The notes below the pieces were generated by a model. It did no database searches. It saw only the letters and a program-made list of their open reading frames with translations, and had not been told where the DNA came from. Below are positions 37,312-47,370 of a stretch of DNA of 64,000 nt, piece by piece; the stretch's first letter is position 1; every line of letters starts with the position of its first letter. The DNA lies in contig CAZVBO010000001.1 in assembly GCA_964625685.1 (NCBI GenBank), forward strand, positions 69,249 to 133,248. Direction: 5' to 3'. The DNA comes from an uncultured Pseudomonadales bacterium (lineage in GTDB: Bacteria; Patescibacteriota; Microgenomatia; UBA1400; PJMF01). The position numbers and the translations under genes are program-made.

Positions 37312-37572
37312 ATGCCCAAACGAGTCTTCTGGCCAGCGTCATTGGTAGTGATGGGACTAATTTTTTTAGCCTCAAATCTTGGTTTACTACCAGCTATTTT
37401 TTGGAATTTATGGCCACTGATTCTGATTATCGTAGGGTTGGGAGGATTACTGATTTCTGATCGAGAAGATTGGGATTCAACTTCCAAAAAGAGAGCTTCT
37501 TCTTCCAAAAAGGTAAGTAAAAAAGCTGCTTCTAAGAAACCTGCCCGCAGTGGCGGGAAAGCCAAAAAATAA
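37312..37572 (+). CDS. hypothetical small membrane protein with lysine-rich tail (DUF5668/LiaF-N-like pattern)
   Basis: The ORF begins with MPKRVFWPASLVVMGLIFLASNLGLLP...WPLILIIVGLGGLLI and continues into a K/S-rich tail. Its stop lies 4 nt before the cmk ATG. It was preferred over the 177-aa antisense ORF. Confidence 0.45.
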   Translation: MPKRVFWPASLVVMGLIFLASNLGLLPAIFWNLWPLILIIVGLGGLLISDREDWDSTSKKRASSSKKVSKKAASKKPARSGGKAKK

Positions 37573-37576
37573 TCAT

Positions 37577-38266
37577 ATGCCGTTTCATATTGCGATTGAT
37601 GGTCCTGTAGCCGCAGGAAAAGGGACTGTATCTCGGTTAGTTGCTCAACGTTTGGGTTTTTTATATGTGGATACCGGTGCAATGTACCGAATGGTGGCTT
37701 ATTTAGCACTTCAACATGACGTTCCCTACGATCAAGAGTCCAGATTATGTGAATTGATTGAACAGTCGCAAATGGAGATGCGTAATCCCAGTGATGAGGA
37801 AAAGGATGGTCGATTAACAACTGTTTTTTTGAATGGAGAAGATGTTTCTTGGAAAATTCGAACTGAAGAAGTAAGTGATGGTTCTTCTAAAGTAGCTATT
37901 TTGTCACAAGTCAGAAAGTTACTGGTTAAGAAACAGCAAGAAATTGCTTTTCGTCAAAATGTGATTATGGAAGGGAGAGACATTACTTATCGGGTGTTGC
38001 CTGAGGCAGATTTGAAAATCTTTTTAACTGCATCGAATTTAGTACGAGCCAAACGACGTCATTTACAGCTTCAAACCAAAGGGGAAGATGTCTCTTATGA
38101 CCAGGTATTGACCGACCTAAAACAACGAGACCAACGAGACTTTACCCGCCAGACTGATCCTTTGCAAATAGGGGAAGATGTATGGGTCATAGATGCTAGT
38201 GATTTATCAATTGAGAAAGTGGTTAGAATGATTGTGGATCGAGTCAGGATGATGCAGCGAGGTTAA
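37577..38266 (+). CDS. cmk: cytidylate kinase
   Basis: The N-terminal IAIDGPVAAGKGTVSRLVAQRLGFLYVDTGAMYR is the Cmk signature. Confidence 0.85.
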   Translation: MPFHIAIDGPVAAGKGTVSRLVAQRLGFLYVDTGAMYRMVAYLALQHDVPYDQESRLCELIEQSQMEMRNPSDEEKDGRLTTVFLNGEDVSWKIRTEEVSDGSSKVAILSQVRKLLVKKQQEIAFRQNVIMEGRDITYRVLPEADLKIFLTASNLVRAKRRHLQLQTKGEDVSYDQVLTDLKQRDQRDFTRQTDPLQIGEDVWVIDASDLSIEKVVRMIVDRVRMMQRG

Positions 38267-38267
38267 T

Positions 38268-38486
38268 ATGAAAGATAGTTTTCGAGATGCTCAAACTGAT
38301 TATGATAAATTTCGCCGCCATGCTGAAGAAATTGAGTCCGAAAAAGAGCGTAAAAGAGCTGAGCGTGAAGCTAAAAAAAAAGAGAAAGAGTTGAAGAAAA
38401 AACGAGAAAAACAAGAGAAATTAGTGGCTCCGATTCTACTTTTGATTACGATTTTGATCGCGATGATGTTATATGCTTTCCGGTAA
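38268..38486 (+). CDS. hypothetical K/E-rich small protein with C-terminal TM
   Basis: The ORF starts 2 nt after the cmk stop. It has a charged helical N-terminus and a hydrophobic C-terminus. Confidence 0.4.
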   Translation: MKDSFRDAQTDYDKFRRHAEEIESEKERKRAEREAKKKEKELKKKREKQEKLVAPILLLITILIAMMLYAFR

Positions 38487-38683
38487 AAAATCCTATAATT
38501 ACCCCTTCAGAAAATAAAAATTAGACAAACTGCTCACCGGAGTCGTCCGGCGCCTTCTCCGGACTCGGCAAATCACTTCCCATAGATGAATGTGAATATT
38601 CTTCAGTCAGTAGTGGTCAGTGCTTTGACGCTCCTTTTGATCAGTTTGTCTGGGATTTTTATTCTGTTGATTCTTAAACTTGG

Positions 38684-38722
38684 ATTGTGTTTGAGATTTG
38701 GATTTTGGAATTTATCTACAGT
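38684..38722 (+). repeat. Intergenic A/T heptad repeat locus R4 (TTTG-type)
   Basis: The sequence cttaaacttggattgtgtttgagatttggattttggaattt lies at the convergent gene junction. Confidence 0.5.
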
Positions 38723-41106
38723 ATCTGTCCTCGGCCGCGTTGTTGAATATTGGGAGTGGGGGTCGGGATAAACATTTCAGGAGTACAAGCTCGGGTTGGT
38801 TCTTTACCTTGCTCAAAAACTTCTTCAATAACTTTAGGACAGCTAGCACAGGGTAGTGTCCCAGTTGAGGCACAAATTTTGACTTTGATGAGATTATCAG
38901 GTTTGGCTAAAACACTAGGATTAGTTTCCGATAATAATCCTCTCATAATTTCATTCCAAATAGGTGAAGCACCCGTTATACCTGAAGCGACATAACTCAT
39001 AGGTGTATTGTCATTATTTCCTACCCAGGTGGCAACTAACCGATCATTGGTATAACCAATGGTCCAGTTATCGCGAAGATTATTGGTCGTTCCAGTTTTT
39101 ACGGCTACTTGTTGCCCAGGAATATTAAGTACCGACTGGGGTCCAAAAGCAGGAGTTCTCGCAGTATTATCAGACAAGATATCGGTGATTTGATAAGCAG
39201 TAGCTGAAGAGAGAGTTTGAGTTCCCGGACATTGTTCTTGGTTAATGGCACAAGTATTGTAATACAAAACTTTATTTTTATAGTTACGCACATATAAAAT
39301 AGGATTAAGTGGAACCGTAGTTCCACCATTGGCAAAGGTGCCATAGACTTGGGTCATATCAGTCATTAAGACCTCACCACCGCCCAAAGTCAGAGATAAA
39401 CCGAATCGTTTGCGGTCGGTCCAAGTACTGATACCCATACTGGTAGCTTTATCAATCATGGTGTTAATGCCAATTGAAGCCAATGTTTTAACAGCGGGAA
39501 TGTTATAAGAAGAGGCTAATGCCTCCCGCGCAGTCACATTTCCATGAAACTTTCCATCGTAATTCTGAGGACTATAAGGTGGACTGCCCACCACTTGATA
39601 GGTAATAGGAGCATCTTGAATGATTGAACTGGGGGTTAATTTCCCCAGTTCAAAGGCTGTGGCATAGGTAATAGGTTTGATAGAACTTCCTGGCTGGCGA
39701 GGCCGAGTGGCGACGTTGACTTGACCATCGTGCTCAAAATCAAAATAATTAACACTGCCTACCATCGCCAGAATTTCGCCTGTTTTGGGATTGGTGACCA
39801 TGGCAGCTCCATTGGTCACATGAAGATTTTTGAGTTTACTGATTTCTGTTTGTACTGCCGCTTCTGCTTGATGTTGAACATCTAAATCAAGAGTTGTCCG
39901 AACTTCGAGTCCCCCCTGAGTCAAGGCTTCTTCTCCGTATAAATTAGCTAGGAGAGTACGAATATACATCACAAAGTGTGGGGCTTGGATATCGGTTTTG
40001 TCTTGAACAAAACTGAGTTTTTCTTGGCGAGCTTGTTCGGCTTCTTCAGAAGTAATATAACCATCTTCGATCATACGGCGAAGCACTTCGGCTTGACGAG
40101 CATAGGCCCGTTCAGGATTGGTACCGAATGGAGTATAGGCGGATGGAGCTGCTGGCAATCCCGCCAGCATGGCACTTTCTGCTAAATCAAGCTCCGAAGC
40201 GTGTTTACCAAAGTAACGTTGAGCGGCTTCTTCCACACCGTAGGTAGAGCCACCATAGGGAATTTCGTTAAAGTACATTTCTAAAATTTGATCTTTGGTA
40301 TAGGTGCCATCTACCACAATGGCTAAGACTACCTCTCGCAATTTTCGTTTGAGGGTTTGTTCGGGTGTGAGTAGAGTGTTTTTAACAAGTTGCTGAGTAA
40401 TGGTTGAACCACCTTGCTGAATAGATTCCCCTTTCATATTGGCGATGGCGGATCGGATAATTCCTTTGATCGAAAAACCATGGTGGTTGTAAAATTCCTG
40501 GTCTTCAATAGCCACGGTGGCATGAATCATATCTTCAGACACCGCGGACAAGGGAATAATGGTTCGGTTTTCATCTTTGTAAATGTTATAGAGCAAGCGT
40601 CCTTTCCGATCTAAAATTTTAGTACTCACTTTTTGATCAATAGTAGTTAAATCACTTGCTTGGGGAAGATCTTTAAAGACAAGGTCATAGGTGAGATAGG
40701 CAAAAAGGACAATCACCAGAGTTAAACTAAATGAAAAAAAAGTTCGCCACGGGTAACTTTTTAGAGCTGAAAAAATATTGAGCTGAGACCAAGAAAACTG
40801 AAAAGTTGGTTTGTGTAGTTTTGGTATCCTTTTTAGATAATGAGAGATTTTAAGCCTGAATTGCCACAGAGTAAAAATGACTTCTTTTACGAAACGAAAT
40901 AAAACATCAAATAGAGTTTGATGACTGTAAATAATGGCATTTGTTTTTTTGACAGTAATGGTTCTTTTTTTAGGGGATGTGAGATGAGAAGAATAGATTA
41001 GTTTATCAATCCATTTTGAGAAATAATAATGGGTGCGTACTCCAATGAGCCCAAAATATTTGAGAAAGTTTGTCAAAGACTGATAGAAAAACAACCGGAA
41101 AGACAT
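38716..41106 (-). CDS. class A penicillin-binding protein (bifunctional GT51 transglycosylase / transpeptidase), paralog 1
   Basis: The GT51 motifs are EDQEFYNHHGF and GGSTITQQL. The transpeptidase motifs are SSIKP and KTGTTN. An N-terminal TM helix is also present. Confidence 0.85.
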   Translation of the reverse strand: MSFRLFFYQSLTNFLKYFGLIGVRTHYYFSKWIDKLIYSSHLTSPKKRTITVKKTNAIIYSHQTLFDVLFRFVKEVIFTLWQFRLKISHYLKRIPKLHKPTFQFSWSQLNIFSALKSYPWRTFFSFSLTLVIVLFAYLTYDLVFKDLPQASDLTTIDQKVSTKILDRKGRLLYNIYKDENRTIIPLSAVSEDMIHATVAIEDQEFYNHHGFSIKGIIRSAIANMKGESIQQGGSTITQQLVKNTLLTPEQTLKRKLREVVLAIVVDGTYTKDQILEMYFNEIPYGGSTYGVEEAAQRYFGKHASELDLAESAMLAGLPAAPSAYTPFGTNPERAYARQAEVLRRMIEDGYITSEEAEQARQEKLSFVQDKTDIQAPHFVMYIRTLLANLYGEEALTQGGLEVRTTLDLDVQHQAEAAVQTEISKLKNLHVTNGAAMVTNPKTGEILAMVGSVNYFDFEHDGQVNVATRPRQPGSSIKPITYATAFELGKLTPSSIIQDAPITYQVVGSPPYSPQNYDGKFHGNVTAREALASSYNIPAVKTLASIGINTMIDKATSMGISTWTDRKRFGLSLTLGGGEVLMTDMTQVYGTFANGGTTVPLNPILYVRNYKNKVLYYNTCAINQEQCPGTQTLSSATAYQITDILSDNTARTPAFGPQSVLNIPGQQVAVKTGTTNNLRDNWTIGYTNDRLVATWVGNNDNTPMSYVASGITGASPIWNEIMRGLLSETNPSVLAKPDNLIKVKICASTGTLPCASCPKVIEEVFEQGKEPTRACTPEMFIPTPTPNIQQRGRGQIL

Positions 41107-41198
41107 CTTTACTAATAATATCGAAAAGGATCGTTTTGGGAATAACTGAAATTTTCATGGTCAGAGTACACTTTTCCTCCAAAAGGAGCAAAATGACC

Positions 41199-42413
41199 TT
41201 ACAGAGAAAGTTTTCGCAAAATAACATCCCACAGTTCTTGGTAATTTCCTTCATACCCAAGAGCCCAAATCGCTATTCCACCAAGATCAAGTTGATTCAC
41301 AAAATCTAGCTTATAAGAAAGTGAACGGGAGTTATCGTAATAAATGACATGGGTTTGGTCATCTTCGGTATACACTAAATAAGGTGAAAGTGCTTCTTCA
41401 TTCCAATGCTCTTCCACTTGAAGTTCATTTTTGTTAGCCAAAACTTCTTGAACCCGTTGGTAACTAGCGGTAGCTCCGGTATTAGGAATGGTAGTTGCTA
41501 ATTCATCGTCGCTGGTTGTTTGCCATTCATACCCATAAAAGGGAACTCCCAGCAATAATTTGTCTGCAGGAACTACTTTAATAAAATCCTTTAAGTGGTC
41601 ACTAATATCACTATCCCACAAAGTTTTCCCGCCAAATAAAGGGGCAACTGGTCCAGCGATAGGTGATGACTGTCGGTGAAAGTCATAGGCCATGATGACG
41701 ATATAGTCTACTTGTTTCCCAATAGCCTCCACATCCCAGATTAATGGTCTGGAAGCTGCTGAGGAATACATATCAATTGAAAGGGGAATCCCCGCATACT
41801 TTTGAGTGAGATGATTATGAAGCTTGGTCACAAAAGCGACCAAGTTTTGACGAAGATGGTCAGTCACTTCACCAGAATATTCAATATCAACATTTACGCC
41901 CTCAATAGGATAAGCCAGTAAAATAGAATCAAGAGAAGTGATCAAGCTCTGTTGGGCGGTCTCAGAATTTAAAAAACTGACAATGTCATCATTGTTGAAT
42001 TGTGTCAGTGCAATCTCCATTTTCCCTTTATTATGACTTACTTGTTGGGCAATCTGTAAAAATTCATCAGAGTTGAGTTTATTAAATCCAGGTTCGGTAT
42101 ATCCATCTTCACCGACTGTAATCAATTTGCCATCTCCCCCGATGGTCAGACCAAAATAAGCCAGGTTAGTCAGTTCTGGATGAACCGTTACTTTATTTAG
42201 GTTCCAATAGGGTAAGAAGCCATAGACAACTTTTTTGGGATGTGGTGAAGGATTGGAAAAAAATTGAAAGGTAGGATTATCGGATAAAGGGGAAAGTAGA
42301 GGTTGATCTTGTAAATAACGAAAAGTGAGCCAGCTAATTATCAGCAGACTGAAAAGAAGTAAAACCAATCCAATTTTTCGTCGCCAGGTACGCTTATTCA
42401 TGATCACTACCAA
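41199..42413 (-). CDS. GH18-family glycoside hydrolase (chitinase / YaaH-like peptidoglycan hydrolase)
   Basis: The GH18 catalytic region GVNVDIEY (DxDxE) is present with an N-terminal TM anchor. The ORF lies between two PBP genes. Confidence 0.6.
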   Translation of the reverse strand: MVVIMNKRTWRRKIGLVLLLFSLLIISWLTFRYLQDQPLLSPLSDNPTFQFFSNPSPHPKKVVYGFLPYWNLNKVTVHPELTNLAYFGLTIGGDGKLITVGEDGYTEPGFNKLNSDEFLQIAQQVSHNKGKMEIALTQFNNDDIVSFLNSETAQQSLITSLDSILLAYPIEGVNVDIEYSGEVTDHLRQNLVAFVTKLHNHLTQKYAGIPLSIDMYSSAASRPLIWDVEAIGKQVDYIVIMAYDFHRQSSPIAGPVAPLFGGKTLWDSDISDHLKDFIKVVPADKLLLGVPFYGYEWQTTSDDELATTIPNTGATASYQRVQEVLANKNELQVEEHWNEEALSPYLVYTEDDQTHVIYYDNSRSLSYKLDFVNQLDLGGIAIWALGYEGNYQELWDVILRKLSL

Positions 42414-44841
42414 TTACATAATCTTGTGATACATTGTGTTGTTCATAGATTATTTTGCCATCTTCAGTAGTAGCTCGGGTACAGTCAGCACAGTATTGGG
42501 GTGTAACCGGATCAGAGTAAATAGTTTTATGTTCCAGAACTAAATTATCAGCTTGCTCTCCATAAACAGGGGGAACACCGGTATCTGCTTTTACCCAAAT
42601 ATCTTTAGTTTCTACGTCAGACTCAGAGGGATTGCCTTTTTCCCAATACAGGTCATTACCTACTAAAGCACAACTCTGACCTGGTTGGGGTGGCATCCCA
42701 GTAGCACAAACTTGACCGGAAGTCACATCACTTGGTTTCTCTTGCCACACAGGTTCTTGATCACGTAGTACATAAGACATAATGTCATTCCAAATTGGGG
42801 CGGCTCCCGTAACTCCAGAAACCAGTGACTGATTCATGGGACTGCCATCATTGTTACCAACCCAAGTGATAGTTAAAAATTCAGGAGTAAAACCAACCGT
42901 CCAGTTATCTTTTAGGTTATTGGTAGTTCCTGTCTTAGCACTGACGATTTGATTCGGGATGACCAGCTGAGATCTTGACCCAAATGCTTCTACTCGAGCA
43001 CTGTTGTCTTGCATGATGTGAGAAACCATATAGGCAGGTGCCTGGTCCATAACTCGCTGCAAATCATTTCGCTTTGTATCTTCATAATCACTCAAGTATT
43101 GAAGGTCATCCTTACGTTGCTGAATATCTGTTTCTTCTAAAACATTGCCTTGATAATCTTCAATTTTGAGAATGGGAGTGAGAGGAACTTTGACACCTTT
43201 ATTAGCTAAAACACTAAAGGCTTGAGCCATATCAATCATTCGGACGGAACCACCGCCTAATGTGAGTGACAGCCCATATTGAGAAGGATCAGTCCAAGTC
43301 GTAATACCCATTTTGGTGGCTTGATCCATAAAGTCTTTCACCCCAATGGTTCGGAGTGCTTTGACTGCCGGGATATTCAAGGAGTTTCCTAAAGCTTTTC
43401 TAACCGTGACAGGACCTTTAAAGGTGCCATCATAGTTTTTAGGACAGTATGGTTCCTGACCTGCTTGTGTAAAACAAGTGGGAATATCGAGTAATAGAGA
43501 ACCAGGATTCAGAAGTTTCTTTTGAAAAGCTGTCGCGTACATAATAGGTTTGATGGAACTTCCTGGCTGGCGGTTTGAGGATAGCGTGACATTGACGTTC
43601 CCATCATGTTCTACATCAAAATAATCTCTGGAACCAATCATGGCTAAAATTTCACCAGTATTGGGTTTGACCACCATGGCAGCCCCATTGCCAACTTTAT
43701 AAGCACCCAGTTTATCAATTTCAGCTGAGAGAGAAGCTTGGGCCGCATTTTGGAGATCCAGATCTAAACTCGTGGTTACTCTGAGGCCACCTTTTTCGAC
43801 AGTATCTATCCCATATTGTTGTTCAAGAAGGTCTTTCACATAAAAGACAAAATGAGGCGCTTGAATATCGGTTTGAGAGAGGGCGTAGTTGAGAACTTCT
43901 GATTTGGCCTCTTCAGCTTGAAGGTCGGTAATATAGCCATCTTCTACCATCCGACGCAGTACCTCGGCTTGGCGAGCTTTGGCTTGCTCAGGGTTGGAGC
44001 CAAATGGAGAATACCGACTGGGTGCCTGAGGTAGCCCTACCAACAATGAAGCCTCCGCTAGAGTTAAATCACTGGCATGTTTATCAAAGTAACGTTGTGA
44101 GGCGGCTTCAATCCCTACTGAAGTTCCGCCATACGAAATGTAATTGAGATACATCTCGAGGATTTCTTTTTTAGAATAGATAACTTCAGTCGCCACGGCT
44201 AAAACCGCCTCTTTCATTTTTCTAGTCAAAGATTTTTCAGAACTGAGTAGGGCGTTTTTAACCAATTGTTGGGTAATCGTAGAGCCTCCCTCAACACTAT
44301 CTCCTTTAAGATTATTGATAAAAGCTCGAGTAATACCTACGACATCAAAACCAAAGTGGTGATAAAAATTCTTGTCCTCGATGGCAATGGTAGCTTCAGT
44401 TACATAAGGAGGCAGAGTATCAATATCGATTGGAATTCGATTTTCGTCGCCAAAAATCTCATAGAGAAGTTTGCCATTTCGATCAAAAATTTGGGTACTG
44501 ACAGGGTAATTTTCTTTAGAAGTTAAACGTCGAGGTGACGGTAAATCGCGTAAAATATAAATAACGGCAGCCGTAAAGACAATAAATCCAATAATCAGAA
44601 GCGTTCGCACATACACATTCATCAGCGGAAATAGCACAATATTCCGAATCTTTTTTAAAGTTGGATGCATTTTTTTAGGAGTTCCTTGATGTGACTTTTT
44701 GGACTGTTTTTTGGTAAACAGTTTGTTCCACCGGTTTGGTTTGAAAGATTTAGGTGAAATATTCATAGTTTTTCCGGCGAAAATTTGTTTGGTACGTGAG
44801 CTCCAATTTTGGTTAGTGGGTTGCTGACGATCTTGTTTCAT
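42394..44841 (-). CDS. class A penicillin-binding protein (GT51 + transpeptidase), paralog 2
   Basis: The GT51 motifs are EDKNFYHHFGF and GGSTITQQL. The transpeptidase motifs are SSIKP and KTGTTN. The cytoplasmic N-tail is long and lysine-rich. Confidence 0.85.
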   Translation of the reverse strand: MKQDRQQPTNQNWSSRTKQIFAGKTMNISPKSFKPNRWNKLFTKKQSKKSHQGTPKKMHPTLKKIRNIVLFPLMNVYVRTLLIIGFIVFTAAVIYILRDLPSPRRLTSKENYPVSTQIFDRNGKLLYEIFGDENRIPIDIDTLPPYVTEATIAIEDKNFYHHFGFDVVGITRAFINNLKGDSVEGGSTITQQLVKNALLSSEKSLTRKMKEAVLAVATEVIYSKKEILEMYLNYISYGGTSVGIEAASQRYFDKHASDLTLAEASLLVGLPQAPSRYSPFGSNPEQAKARQAEVLRRMVEDGYITDLQAEEAKSEVLNYALSQTDIQAPHFVFYVKDLLEQQYGIDTVEKGGLRVTTSLDLDLQNAAQASLSAEIDKLGAYKVGNGAAMVVKPNTGEILAMIGSRDYFDVEHDGNVNVTLSSNRQPGSSIKPIMYATAFQKKLLNPGSLLLDIPTCFTQAGQEPYCPKNYDGTFKGPVTVRKALGNSLNIPAVKALRTIGVKDFMDQATKMGITTWTDPSQYGLSLTLGGGSVRMIDMAQAFSVLANKGVKVPLTPILKIEDYQGNVLEETDIQQRKDDLQYLSDYEDTKRNDLQRVMDQAPAYMVSHIMQDNSARVEAFGSRSQLVIPNQIVSAKTGTTNNLKDNWTVGFTPEFLTITWVGNNDGSPMNQSLVSGVTGAAPIWNDIMSYVLRDQEPVWQEKPSDVTSGQVCATGMPPQPGQSCALVGNDLYWEKGNPSESDVETKDIWVKADTGVPPVYGEQADNLVLEHKTIYSDPVTPQYCADCTRATTEDGKIIYEQHNVSQDYVIGSDHE

Positions 44842-44892
44842 AAAAAACTAAACAATGATAGGATCAACATTATCTACTATTATACTGACCTT

Positions 44893-45387
44893 ATGCAACG
44901 ACTCCGTTTAAAACTGGAAGAGGAATGGTTTACTTTCCTGTCTGAAGACCAGCAACTGTTGGTAAAAACTGCTATCAGCTTGTATGAATTTGTGGATACC
45001 TCTGGTCAAGAGTTCTTTGATTATTCATTCATTGTATTTCCAATGGCTAAGGCTTATGAAGGTTTTTTAAAGCGCTATCTCCATCGAGTGGGACTGATTT
45101 CTCAAGAAGTATATGAAAGTAATCGTTTCCGAATTGGTCGAGCACTTAATCCTGATTTAAATAATCATTATCAAGATGAGCATTGGTATTATGATGATAT
45201 TGAACAGGTTTGTGGCAAAGAAGTAGGCCGAGAGATGTGGAATACTTGGTTAACGTGTCGGAATCGGGTTTTTCATTACTTTCCCAAAAAAGATCACTTT
45301 TTAAGTAAAGAAAAAGCTCAGCAATATTTAGTAATGATGATGGACTCAATGGATCATTTAATAAATTGTAAGGAGATGCATGACTGA
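44893..45387 (+). CDS. hypothetical protein
   Basis: This 164-aa ORF from ATG 44893 has no recognised motif. It is divergent from the PBP gene. Confidence 0.35.
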   Translation: MQRLRLKLEEEWFTFLSEDQQLLVKTAISLYEFVDTSGQEFFDYSFIVFPMAKAYEGFLKRYLHRVGLISQEVYESNRFRIGRALNPDLNNHYQDEHWYYDDIEQVCGKEVGREMWNTWLTCRNRVFHYFPKKDHFLSKEKAQQYLVMMMDSMDHLINCKEMHD

Positions 45388-46012
45388 TCTTCATGATTAT
45401 CGTTATAAAAATATTACGATTTCTGGTTTGCCGGGTGGCGGATCAACTACTTTACTCAGTTTGCTCAAACAAGAATTGTCTCTTGATGGATGGCGAGGAT
45501 TTAGCGGCGGTGAATTTATGCGAGCCTACGCGTTGGAGAAAGGACTGTTTGCGGAAAATGCGGGCATTCATCATGATGCTCGTCACTATGAAGATGACTT
45601 TGACCGTCAGGTAGATATGGGGATGCGGGATAAATTGGCGAATGAAAATCATTGGATTATTGAATCATGGCTTTCGGGATTTTTAGCTCAGGGAGTTCCT
45701 CAGGTTTTGAAAGTTTTAGTGCACTGTAGTGATGACTCAGTGCGAATTGATCGAATTGTCAATCGAGACAAAGTGACGGTAGATGAGGCAAAGCAGAATA
45801 TGTTGGACCGGTATGAAGCCAACAAATCCAAGTGGGCTCGAATGTACGCTAATGAATGGAAGCAATGGGTAGTTGATGCTGGAACTCGTTCTGCTGAGAG
45901 TGAGATTGATTTTTGGCATCCAGATCTCTATGATTTAGTTATTGATACCTATTCAACGAATCAACAACAAACATTACAAATGGTTCTCAATGCCATCAAA
46001 AAAGAAACCTAA
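45380..46012 (+). CDS. P-loop nucleoside-monophosphate-kinase-like protein (cytidylate-kinase-like/AAA_17-type)
   Basis: It has an N-terminal Walker A ITISGLPGGGSTTLL and is about 210 aa. A bona fide cmk is present elsewhere (37577-38266), so this is a paralog. Confidence 0.45.
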   Translation: MTDLHDYRYKNITISGLPGGGSTTLLSLLKQELSLDGWRGFSGGEFMRAYALEKGLFAENAGIHHDARHYEDDFDRQVDMGMRDKLANENHWIIESWLSGFLAQGVPQVLKVLVHCSDDSVRIDRIVNRDKVTVDEAKQNMLDRYEANKSKWARMYANEWKQWVVDAGTRSAESEIDFWHPDLYDLVIDTYSTNQQQTLQMVLNAIKKET

Positions 46013-46682
46013 AAAATCTACAGTTTCAGCTAAAGCCATTACTTCACCAATGGTTTTTGGTCCATTGTTAATTTTAGCCTTTATTCTGTGGGTGCTTTAT
46101 CGGGCAATTTTTCGATTTCCAGTGTGGTTTGATGAGACTATTGGGAAAGCAATTTTCTTTGGTTTGCCGGTTTGGATCTATCTCTCTCTAACTCAAGACG
46201 AAGCCATCATTGAAACGTTCTCGATCAAAAAAGTGAACAAAGGTTTGTTGTTAGGTTTGGCTTTAGGCGGACTCTATGGATTTGCAGGGGCCTTAATGGG
46301 TACCATTCAAGCAAAGGGAAATGTTCAAGCGGTGAATTTATTTGTCAGTACTCGATTTTGGTGGGAATTTTTTCTCGCTTTAATGACCAGTTTTTGGGAA
46401 ACCTTGTTTTTTTTCAGTTGGATCATGACTGTTTTGCAACAGCAGGTATTAAAAAAGAAAGTAGGAGGAGCTATAGTACTGAGTGCCTTAATTTTTATGA
46501 TTTTTCATATTCCCAACAGTATTTTACGATTTGATACTCCCTTTTTGATTTCATCCCAAATTATCTTGTTGTTCTTCTTTGCCTTAGGTCAAGCTTTTAT
46601 TTTTAGTCGATGGAAAAACTTCTATACTCTAGTAATTTCTCAAACAATTTGGGGAATGGTACTGTTGGTTCACCTGATGTAG
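45990..46682 (+). CDS. CPBP-family intramembrane metalloprotease (CAAX protease / Abi-like)
   Basis: The polytopic protein carries the CPBP motifs ...WEFF...FWETLFFF... (EExxxR-like region) and MIFHIPN (H...N). Confidence 0.55.
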   Translation: MPSKKKPKKSTVSAKAITSPMVFGPLLILAFILWVLYRAIFRFPVWFDETIGKAIFFGLPVWIYLSLTQDEAIIETFSIKKVNKGLLLGLALGGLYGFAGALMGTIQAKGNVQAVNLFVSTRFWWEFFLALMTSFWETLFFFSWIMTVLQQQVLKKKVGGAIVLSALIFMIFHIPNSILRFDTPFLISSQIILLFFFALGQAFIFSRWKNFYTLVISQTIWGMVLLVHLM

Positions 46683-46728
46683 GAAGCTTTACAAATTGGT
46701 AAAAATTTACTAAGATAGTAACTTCGGT

Positions 46729-47280
46729 ATGCAGACTTTAATTCATTTTAAAAGATTCATTCTTTCTTTTCTGTCGGTTTTAATCGGATTTATGATTGTT
46801 TTGTTTTCTTTGTTTCGGGTCTCGTCTGCTCGAGCCATTTCTGCTACTGCCAATGCTCCGTCTTCTGAACTTTCAATGTATTTAAATCAACCAATTCGAC
46901 CTGACCATGTCTTTTACCCGCTAGTGGCTGCTAAGGATAAAATGGAGTGTTCATTATTACCTCCTGAAGATAGGTTAGAAAAACAGCTTCAGTTGGCCAA
47001 TGAACGGTTCAATGATGTGGAAATTTTGGTTCAAAATCCAGAAAAACGAGAAATTGCATTGGCGTCACTCATGAAAGCTGAACAGTATTTGCAGGATGCG
47101 GCTCAACTTTTACCAGAATTGAATGATGTCTCGTCTCATCAAATCCAACTTAAATTAGCGATTGAAGATCATTTGCACCGAATGGAGCAACTTAGCCCCA
47201 ATTTAACTACCGAACAGCTCCAAATAGTGAATAATATTAGGGCGAAGCAGCAAGCTTTATTGGTATCTCTCTCTGAATAA
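46729..47280 (+). CDS. hypothetical secreted protein
   Basis: An N-terminal signal/TM segment is followed by a helical, Gln-rich region. Confidence 0.4.
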   Translation: MQTLIHFKRFILSFLSVLIGFMIVLFSLFRVSSARAISATANAPSSELSMYLNQPIRPDHVFYPLVAAKDKMECSLLPPEDRLEKQLQLANERFNDVEILVQNPEKREIALASLMKAEQYLQDAAQLLPELNDVSSHQIQLKLAIEDHLHRMEQLSPNLTTEQLQIVNNIRAKQQALLVSLSE

Positions 47281-47370
47281 AATCTGAGAGTTTTGGGTAA
47301 GATTGATATTGTTTGTATCATTGACTCCATCCCCCTAAATGTGCGATTCTATTAACCCTCACTGAGTTAT

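Noticed and set aside
37287-37820. 177-aa minus-strand ORF spanning the small-membrane-protein gene and the cmk start
   Set aside because: It is antisense to two well-supported plus-strand genes: the 86-aa membrane protein, which is coupled 4 nt upstream of cmk, and cmk itself. The translation is low-complexity with no motif.
38586-38771. 61-aa hydrophobic ORF between the 72-aa gene and the PBP gene end
   Set aside because: It is composed largely of the A/T heptad repeat R4 read in frame, and it overlaps the convergent PBP stop.
41006-41309. 84-aa (-) and 79-aa (+) ORFs at the PBP start / GH18 end
   Set aside because: They overlap the N-terminal codons of the PBP and the C-terminus of GH18 in other frames. 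No support was found.
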